Assembly: GCF_052425735.1 (NCBI RefSeq)
Contig: NC_135762.1
Location: 17,794,001-17,857,871, forward strand
Length of the DNA stretch: 63,871 nt
DNA from: Oculina patagonica
Lineage: Eukaryota
Reading direction: 5' to 3'
Shown here piece by piece: positions 55,109 to 63,871 of this stretch. The first letter of the stretch is position 1. Each line of letters starts with the position of its first letter. The translations under genes and the position numbers were made by a program. The notes below the pieces were generated by a model. It ran no database searches and was not told where the DNA came from. It was given only the letters and a program-made list of their open reading frames with translations.

Positions 55109-56022
55109 GGGACCGGTCATTATTTATGTAGAGGGGGGAGGGAAAAAAAGAAGGGGGGGTCAAGGCTATTTCAGAGTGGCAAGAGGGGGGGGGGGCTAAA
55201 ATTTTTTATAAAGAAGTTAAGGGGGGGATCAGCAGTTTGAGTTGGGTAAAACAGTTAAATAGAAGAGTGCAAACACTATAAGTGAAACAGTGAGATGCTA
55301 AATTGTACAATTTTATGTTATTTCTATTGTTTTCTTTTGTTTAAACTCCACTATTATGTACAACTTTAGTGATTTGTATTTTACAGAAATACTGTTTGCA
55401 CTCTAAACTCCATTGTTATCTCAAATTTTAGTTTAATAAAGAATCCAGACCTGTCTGCTTTAACATCTGGTTTGACTGAAATGATTTCTTTTTACAAAAT
55501 GATTATCACTGCAATAGCCCAAGAAGTAATAAAACATGATATAACAACAAGAAAGAAGTTCTTTTACAACTTTAGGAAAATCATTGGAAAATAATTATAT
55601 TTTGCATGGTTATTACATATGTGTTCACCACGAGAGCATAATTTGTAAAAACTATCACTTTTCCAAAGTCAAGGAGTTAATAATTAGGTATGTTTACTAT
55701 ACACATAACTCATCCAAAATTTGCCCTATTGCTGGAAGAGTATCCATAGCAAAGAAGCCTTGGCTGACTAAGTGTTGATCCAGCCTTTGTGCATCAGAAC
55801 AAGTGTGCAATTAAGATTGTATGTAACATGCATTTAATAATTACTTAAGGCATATAAAGGGAGATATGAGGTGAGGGGGGGGGGGGGGTCATCACGTAAA
55901 TATTGAATAAAGAAGAGGGGGCACTTGCTACTTACACGGCCTGGAGGGGGGGCCTTACAGAAATTTTGATCCTTCCAACATATTTTTCCCTCCCCCCCCT
56001 CTCATAAATAATGACCGGTCCC
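55109..56022. mobile_element. PIF/Harbinger-like MITE
   Basis: tta|GGGACCGGTCATTATTTATG...CATAAATAATGACCGGTCCC|tta. Confidence 0.85.
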
Positions 56023-57841
56023 TTACCAATATGGAAACTTCAAATGCACCTTAAAAAACACGGTTTTACCTCATTAACCTTTAAACGACGAGTTCTGCTG
56101 ACTTGTGAATTGCCCAACAGTGTGATCAAAATTGAGTGCAGCTGGGCCTGTATGTTTGTACTCTGCGAGGACTGTGGCAGAGCCGGGTCCAAGGTGAGTG
56201 TAATATGGAGACTGCGGAGATTTGAACATATGTAATTCAATTAAGTAACAGTTGAAAGCTCCAGTGAAATGACTACATCGTACTTGTTTTCTATGACAAA
56301 AGGGGGCATTTTTGAAGTTCAATAATTAAAGAGACCACAAGAAATCGTTAAAAAATACCAAAATAAAAAAAATCCTAAATTCGCCCAATGTTGTTACCAA
56401 ACTGTTCGACGTTGTATGGGAATATTTTTGAGAGAATTCTAAATTGCGCCAGTGTCTCAAGTCCATCTGCATTGTTTTGGAGCTTTGAATATGTTCACAC
56501 AAATTTAGCGTCAGAACTGCATGATTCTATGACTGTCATGAAACCGATCGCCATGTTCACCTTCATCGAAAAGAATAACCACAGATCACACTAAGGAAAT
56601 CATTGAATTTAGCCTTTAAATATTGTTCAAGCCGTGCGCTATCAGGAAGACTAAATATAAGAACCTTGACTTGCATACTGATTTCGCGTTCCTCTTGGTG
56701 CTTTATTAGTACACTAAACTGCTGTGTACCCTGCCTTCTAATCGCCGCAGCATTAACTTAAAGTCAAAGTAAAATGTTTATGTACAACCACATTTATAGA
56801 ATTCGCCTCCAATGCTGACTTTTTTCTTCACTACGTTATCACAACTTACTCTGTAAACTGCTCAGGGCCCCTGGCAGTGTAAATCTCAGGTAATTCCGCA
56901 ACAGGTCCAAGTACAATTTTACTTTCATTTACCAAGTGTTGTATATTTTCTTGCAAGCTCTTCAGATCACTGTTTGAGCTTGTTGCATACAATTTAAATA
57001 CGATTCCATCCTGTTAAAAAATAGCCAGTAATGTTTCAGTTTAAAATATGAAACAATCTAAACGTAAAGTTCTTAGATAGTTAGATGTGTGTGCAGTATG
57101 ACTATGTTTTAGGGGTCTATGTCAGTTGCAGGCTTAAATAAGTTTAAAACACTTTAACATCGCAACATGCATGGTCTCGATTTCTCTCTTCCGTAAATAT
57201 TCCAAGTTAATTACTATACTTGCCTTCTGTAGCTGTAAAGTACCCAAGTTTAGCGCAGAGAGATTGGGAACAAGGTGTTGTAATCGTTGCTTGAACAAGG
57301 ATTTGACAGTACTTTGTTGTATAGCAGATAAGTTCATGAAGTTTTGGCAAGGGAAGAGGACATGCATTGTCAAACTGAAAGGAAAAAAGAAATGGAAAAA
57401 ATTCTGTTGGCTATATTGATTGTTCCATGCAATAATTTGTGAAAGAGGGACAAATTCATAATTTATTTTAGACAGAAGATATTATCGCAGCAAATGATCG
57501 TGATACACTCGTGACACTCGTGTAAATCCATTTTTAACCAAGTTAACAAAGAGAGACCTTTCCTCACGCCCATGCAGTTAAACGACATTACCTCTGACTG
57601 GACTCAGTAAATTGTATTGTTTAGAATATTTTCTATCCCACATAACGTTCGTACCCTACATGTAGCTATGGGAAGAAAACTACTCCTTGGCAACACCAGT
57701 GCTTTTACATTACTCTGGTTAATCGATAGGAGAATAAAAAGCTTTTATCTTTGATTTTGGTTAAAATTGCTGCTTTTAATTCTCATTTGACTTGATCCGT
57801 GCATTTCAGCAAGTGATATCAAAACAACCTCTGACCACAAA

Positions 57842-58838
57842 GAGGGTCCTGAAGGGGGGTTCTAAATCCCATTTCCCAGCCAAAATTTTGCCTAAATCCC
57901 ATTTCCCAGCCCATTTTTTGCTCAAATCCCAGTCCCAGCAGTGAAAGTTTTGGTAAATCCCAGTGCATGAAAAATCAAGGCTCAAACGCACAATACGTGC
58001 AGTAACTGTGTTGGTTTAATTGTCCTAAATCCTGTTTTTATTTCTGCTAGTTGAAATCGGTGAATCCCTTTCGTTTTCTGAAATTTTCAACTCAACACAT
58101 CCGTATTAACGTTTTCTCCAGTTCTTTGAGTGAGCAGTTCAGAGGAATGTCTTATTCACAATTTTCCGTGTGTGTTACTAGGTTAGTAGAGGAATTGCCG
58201 TCACGTTTCGTCCAATCTCGTACCTCGAGTCTTCGTTCCATACTGCGCAATCTTGACGACACGAGCGACTCTCAAAAGCTCCGTTGCAAGATTGATTTTG
58301 ATTGGTTTTAAAAACAATAAAATGGCCGGAAGTAAACACAAAGAAAAATCGTTGAGTCATGGTTTTTAAAGCTAAGCATGCGCAATTCAACCGGAAGTCC
58401 GATATTTTTGGACTTCCAAATAGAACCTTCCAGACTCGCTCGTTTTCAGATCGCTGTTCAAAGGGAATGAAGACCCTGGTTACGAGGATGTGTTTCGCTC
58501 ATATTGTTAACCCAACGCTAGTTTGAGCATGCTCAGTCATAGCTGTTCCGCTCAGTAACTAAATCACTGACAGGAAAATTGACCGCCACTTGAAAGACAC
58601 TTGCGCGTGCAGGCGTTGGTTTTGTTTCAGAGTTTTCAACATTGTAACTATGCCTTGAGGAATATTATTGAGCCTGAAATATATGTTTTTTTCGTGTACT
58701 GACGTGCTTCCCATTCCCATTTTCTGGTTGTGAATCCCAGTCCCAGTGACCCAAATCCCATTTTCCCAGTAAAAACATATGCAAATCCCAGTAAAAATAG
58801 GCAAATCCCAGTTCCCATTTTACCCCTTCAGGACCCTC
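57842..58838. mobile_element. Non-autonomous DNA transposon with a 6-bp TSD (unclassified)
   Basis: cacaaa|GAGGGTCCTGAAGGGG...CCCCTTCAGGACCCTC|cacaaa, with AAATCCCA(T/G)T subterminal repeats. Confidence 0.8.
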
Positions 58839-61800
58839 CACAAATAATCAATGGTTCCTCTTTCTTCATCACTGCTCATGACAGTATCGACTAGTTTGTT
58901 ACCTTCGCCCTGTTCTGCATTCTGAGCTGCAGGATGGAATTTCTTTGTTAAAACACCAGTGGCAGCCTACAGTTCTTTCACATTCAGTTACGTTTCCTCT
59001 AGAAACAAACACAGAAGGAACTCCGTCAAGTGTTCACTGATCTTTTAGTTTAACGTTTTCAATAAAATTCCTCCAAACTTCAATTATTAGGCAACAGACA
59101 GGGCAATACTTATTTTTCAAATTGCTTTAATAGAGCGGTTTTTAACTGACTGTCGAAAGTAATCCGTACGTTTTTGGTTTTACATCACTACGCCATGTGA
59201 TTGGTTTAAAAAAAACGCGCCACGTTCTCAACCAATTAGATGCAAACCCAAAACGAATGGTGGCTTGGCTGGTTTTGATTTTTCGAAACTAAAATGACCC
59301 TCAAATGAAAACCGCTTAAATAATTTTGAAATTATTTAAGTCGCTTGATTGAAATTGGAGTTTTTTAAGTCATTCTGTATTTAATGGCCAAGAAGTATTT
59401 ATTGTCATATTGTGTTCAAATATCATAATGGGTTTACAACTGGCACTCACATTTTGAGGCAATCACGCGCACACATAGGTAAAGAGGCAAGTGCATCCTG
59501 CAACGCTATCTCTTCCTTTTCTGTGTCAAACAGCGGAGGAGCTGGTACTACAGATGGATCATGAGCAATGAAGTTAATTGTTTTGTTGCATTGTGGAAAC
59601 AGCAAGTAGACCAAGTAAATTAAGACTTCCAAACGATCCTTAACAAAACCAAAGTTGCCATGGCCACGATTTTATTTGATTAAATTAATCAATAAGAATA
59701 TAGCAGGGTATCAGGCACAGGGCCTTACAATTAGAGTTCCAGCCTAGATTTTTTTAAAGTTTTGCTACTCAAAAGCAATGTAAAAAATTAATTATTTGGT
59801 GAAGATGTCAATGGTGCACTCACAACTTAAAGATGTAATTACCAGGGCATGGTGATGACGTCCAAAGTCTTGTAACAGAATTATCACATTCATCATATGA
59901 CATATGACATGAGCAAGGGCACTAAAAAAAATAAACTTACTGATTAGGAAAACATATCATCTACTTCTTATACTTAGAAACTGCCGAGCGTATTTTCAAA
60001 TCGTTTATTAAAAAGGTCATTTCTTGGTGTTCGATCACGTAAAACAAAAGATTCGAAAGACGATATGCAATACCACCAAAACACATTCACTAACAAGTGT
60101 TTCCACAACGCGCCGTTTAAGAATGCTAATGTTATATAACTGGCGGTATACTCAAATGACATGCCCAACTCGAGCTTGAGTATTATAGAGAAAACAACTC
60201 TGTATAATATTCAATATAATGGAGTACAACGTTCGTTATCGAGACTAACCTGGCAGTTCAACTCGGCATTACTTGAACAAACATCGCAAGACTTCCCACA
60301 AAAACATCCCTGTAAGTAAACGAAATATTAATCGGTAGTTTGTAAGTATCCTTAAATTGTAATGTTCTGTTTCTCCTGTGTAGAAGATGCATTTACTGCA
60401 AGTTTCACTCGTTTCAACACCAACATTGAGTAAACAGATTATTGTTGACTTTCTTTTCGTTTTTTTCTCATATTGAATATTTTGTCAAATACTAACTGGC
60501 TTCCAAAGTCTATTTTTTATTTTTAAGATTCGCGGACTATTAAAACCATGATAATTCTGGGATTGTTCGTTGTCAGTAGTCCCTAGCTAACAATAACAGT
60601 ACAAACCTCGTTGTGAGTGACAGGGCTATCAGTGCAGTTATGTACACTCCTGGATGGCACTCCCAGCAAGAAAAGAGATGTTCCTTGTACTGGGTTTATA
60701 GTGAACTGACGACAGGGATCCGAACTGTTTGAAGATGCACCATTGGAGTCCAAGAGTTCGTAAAACATTTCAACTTTGTGCTGCTGGTAATCATTGCACC
60801 AAGAAGCCTGCAAATCAATTCAAATTCACCACCACAACCGAATCAATTCAAATCAATTTTCTTATTTCGAAAACAGATTTTTTAGTTAGTTTTTAATAAT
60901 AAGTTTTTTGATTGATAATTCGTTTCTTATATAATATATCGTAGGTTTTTTTATTGTATATCTTGCTTTTTGGTTTAATAATTGTGAATAGGAGAGCAAC
61001 AGGTTTATTAGCTTGTGCTATCCTTTATAAATAAAGATGCTACTACTACTACTACCACATCATCCGCATAATGAGACGTTTTCGTACTATTTCAGAATGA
61101 AGCCAGGTGCATAAAGCTTGATGCACTCGCATGCTTATTCTCAAGCAAATGACAATTATTAAACCTTTTAAGACTTTGCAATAAGCCTCACTTTGAAAAG
61201 GATGTCTAAAAGGCAACTTGGCGATGGAGTGGGAAACACATCCTGCTGTAAACGATTCAGAATTATCGTTCAGAAGCACTGATACTGAAAGAGCGATTTT
61301 AATAATATATACTGTAAACTTTACTTCCAAGTTTTCAAGTAATTCTCGTGCTAAGCTAATAAAATTTGACAATTTAAATTCTCGTTAGGGTTAGCGCAAC
61401 TAAACGTACACCACATGCTAGAGACCCTGTATGTGCCGATCTTGTCGTCTACGTAAATGAAAAGGCACTACCTTGTATAGATAGGTGCTTTTCGCCGATG
61501 TTTTTTTTTTAATGTAACACAATTTTGTAGCGTTTGCGAAAAAGCCCCCAATTTCCATTATTTTAGGGATATGATACCTGATAGTTGTTAACCTTAGCAG
61601 CCGTGTTACCACATCGTACCTTGAGAATCTTTTCCTTTTTGATTAATTTATTTGCCAGCCAAGGCATAACTTCTGTTAAATGCATCTTGTAAGTTTGTAA
61701 GAGAGTGGGACTTGAAAAGTTCAGCACGATGAACCTGCAAAGTCAGCGAAAATACGAGAATGAGAGATTTTTTACTTTTTTATCTCTATGACTGAAGCGT

Positions 61801-61896
61801 TCTAAAGCTAGACTAGGTCACTTGTTTAATTTTTAAAAAGTTTTGTTTTTAACTGAGCTGCTTTGTTTTGGTTTTTACTAAATTTTGTAGTGGCTT

Positions 61897-63792
61897 CACA
61901 GGGAGCCCAGGCTCACGCTTTGACAACTTGGTCAAAATGGCGGCGTGAAAATTATAAGGATTTGTATGAAACTTTAGAGGAAAAAATGTTATCGTACGAA
62001 AATATAATAAACCGCTAGTAAAGCTCACATTTCACATCATATGTTGTCTATGTGACGTTTCTAAACTGTTCTAAAGCATTTAACCCTATTTAACCGATAT
62101 TTTTAATTTTAGTTTACTCTTACCTAAATATATGCAAGGGTGAACACTTCCGACGCTAGATAAACACCACTGTTCGACAAAAATGAGCCAAAACTTGCTT
62201 TTAATTTGGTCCACTCACTCCAAAAACTCGCATGGGCATAGTTCGAAGACCATTCTTTAACTGCTGCAAATTTTTGATTCGCCTGCCTCTCTTCGTGATT
62301 TAAGGATACGGGAAAAATAACCATGTTCTGCAAACTTTTAGCTTTCTCCAACACCTTGAACCAGAGAGAGTGGACGCATTTTTAATTAGCCTTGCCTTTC
62401 ACGTGCAGCCTCACGCTATGATTGGGCGATGGTTGTCAGGTCGACGATACTTTTTTTCCCGTAGGGGAGGGAGGCAAACGAGACCGTCGAGGGTGCTCTG
62501 CCTTACTCATGTACACTGGCCTGAGCTCCCACAGGTTGATTTTGCCTCACGTACGAATCTAGACTCACTGGTGTAACGTGACCATGGCGGAATTTTGCAA
62601 AACCTTGCATATTAATATTATGACCGCACACAAATTTAAAGCACAGACACGCGACAAAGCAAAAATGCTGCTAAAATCTCAGTAGTTGCAAAAAGTTATG
62701 CGAAGAGCCTTCGGATGTAATAGCTAATGCTAGTACCATGCAGGTTGGTGTTCAGCTGAGAACAGACAAGAAACGTAGCAAGATTCAAAACGCATTTGTC
62801 GACTACATTCTTAATTCATTCTCCACAATTTATGCGAGAACTTAAAAAGTAATCGCATTTACATTAAAATGAAAACACGTTCACCAATACTGTATTCTAT
62901 GTTCAATTTCTAAAATATTTCGCTTAAACATTTACGATAATAATAGTAGTTTACGCTAACCTTTTGACTTTTTATTACATAAGCGGACACTTTGATCGAA
63001 CGCCCTGAGCTATTGCCCTTTGCTTTGTTACATTGTTGATGATGTTGCTGTAGTCGCGTGTTATTTTGTGAAGTGTGACGAATTAAATTCACAAGGGATT
63101 TACAAAATTCACTCGCGGTACACCTGTGAGTCTAGAATTTTTTTGTGAGGCAAAATCACCCTGTGGGAGCTCAGGCCAGTGTACAGGCAGAGCACCCTCG
63201 ACGGTCTCGTTTGCCTCCCTCCCCTACGGGAAAAAAAGTATCGTCGCCCTGACAACTGTCGCCCAATCATAGCGTGAGGCTGCACGTGAAAGGCAAGGCT
63301 AATTAAAAATGCGTCCACTCTCTCTGGTTCAAGGTGTTGGAGAAAGCTAAAAGTTTGCAGAACATGGTTATATTTCTCGTATTCTTAAATCGCGAAGAGA
63401 GGCAGGCGAATCAAAAATTTGCTGCAGTAAAAGAATGGTCTTCGAACTATGCCCATGCGAGGTTTTGAAGAAAGTGGATCAAATTAAAAGCAAGTTCTGG
63501 CTCATTTTTGTCGAACAGTGGTGTTTATCTAGCGTCGGAAGTGTTCACCCTTGCATATATTTAGGTATGAGTAAACTAAAATTAAAAATATCGGTTAAAT
63601 AGGGTTTAAATGCTTTAAAACAGTCAAGAAACGTCACATAGACAACATATAATGTTAAATGTGAACTTTACTAGCGGTTTATTATATTTTCGTACGATAA
63701 CATTTTTTCCCCTAAAGTTTCATACAAATCCTTATAATTTTCACGCCGCCATTTTGACCGAGTTGTCAGAGCGTGAGCCTGGGCTCCCTGTG
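61897..63792. mobile_element. Long-TIR foldback element, P/Galileo-like (~680-bp TIRs, 7-bp TSD)
   Basis: gtggctt|CACAGGGAGCCCAGGCTCACGC...GCGTGAGCCTGGGCTCCCTGTG|gtggctt. Arms ~61897-62580 and ~63110-63792. Confidence 0.85.
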
Positions 63793-63871
63793 GTGGCTTC
63801 AGTCCACCTTCATCAGAGTCTCACTTGGTCAAGTTAGTGCATTGTAGTTAGTGCATTGATTGTGCTATAAA

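Larger units (their letters stand above)
51885..61734 (-). pseudogene. CACHD1/alpha2delta-like single-pass membrane protein gene (3' half) with extra SEA-like and C-type-lectin-like segments; two exons disrupted
   Basis: Exons 61620-61734 (MHLTEVMPWLANKLI), 60607-60807 (CRQFTINPVQGTSLFLL), 60250-60309 (GCFCGKSCDVC), 59843-59921 (CPCSC..SPCP), 59451-59547, 58903-58998 (CERTVGCHWC, PSI-like), 57224-57374, 56850-57010, 56398-56756 (frameshifted), 56070-56290 (in-frame TAA), 54444-54702, and 51885-52276 (TM helix, RRRQR, tail). Confidence 0.65.

Noticed and set aside
56398-56600. TGA at an expected Cys position (KFV*) as possible selenocysteine
   Set aside because: The same exon has frameshifts and the next has a TAA; no SECIS identified. 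Decay is the simpler explanation.
62370-63318. Duplicated ORFs MDAFLISLAFHVQPH on opposite strands
   Set aside because: A by-product of the foldback TIRs, with no protein motifs.

Overview
This is AT-rich, intron-rich eukaryotic DNA; the gene and repeat types suggest an anthozoan or coral (inference). It holds two host genes in tail-to-tail orientation. (1) A + strand adhesion GPCR at about 7221-35003, 5' end not in the window, which I traced by hand through 31 phase-consistent exons: 4 cbEGF, SEA-like, 2 EGF, HRM, GAIN/GPS (HL|TNFALLF), 7TM. It has a WSC-like module inserted inside the GAIN domain as a symmetric phase 1-1 exon. (2) A - strand CACHD1/alpha2delta-like gene at 61734->51885, 5' end outside the window. 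It has extra SEA-like and C-type-lectin-like segments before its TM helix, and stops/frameshifts in two of those exons. The rest is a dense transposon landscape: an intact full-length L1/Tx1-clade LINE with a 15-bp TSD; a Penelope-like element as an inverted pair with a hammerhead-ribozyme motif in one arm only; a 13.3-kb CACTG-ended (CACTA/EnSpm-like) element carrying decayed genes (including a protein-kinase fragment) and nested MITEs; a long-TIR P/Galileo-like foldback element; a tRNA-derived insertion with an inverted and tandem structure; and Helentron-, hAT-, Harbinger-, Kolobok- and pogo-type non-autonomous elements. Bases 1-7190 hold a degraded LINE and a DIRS-like element, with an error pattern that looks like unpolished long-read sequence. 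All calls come from reading the sequence by eye; no searches were run.
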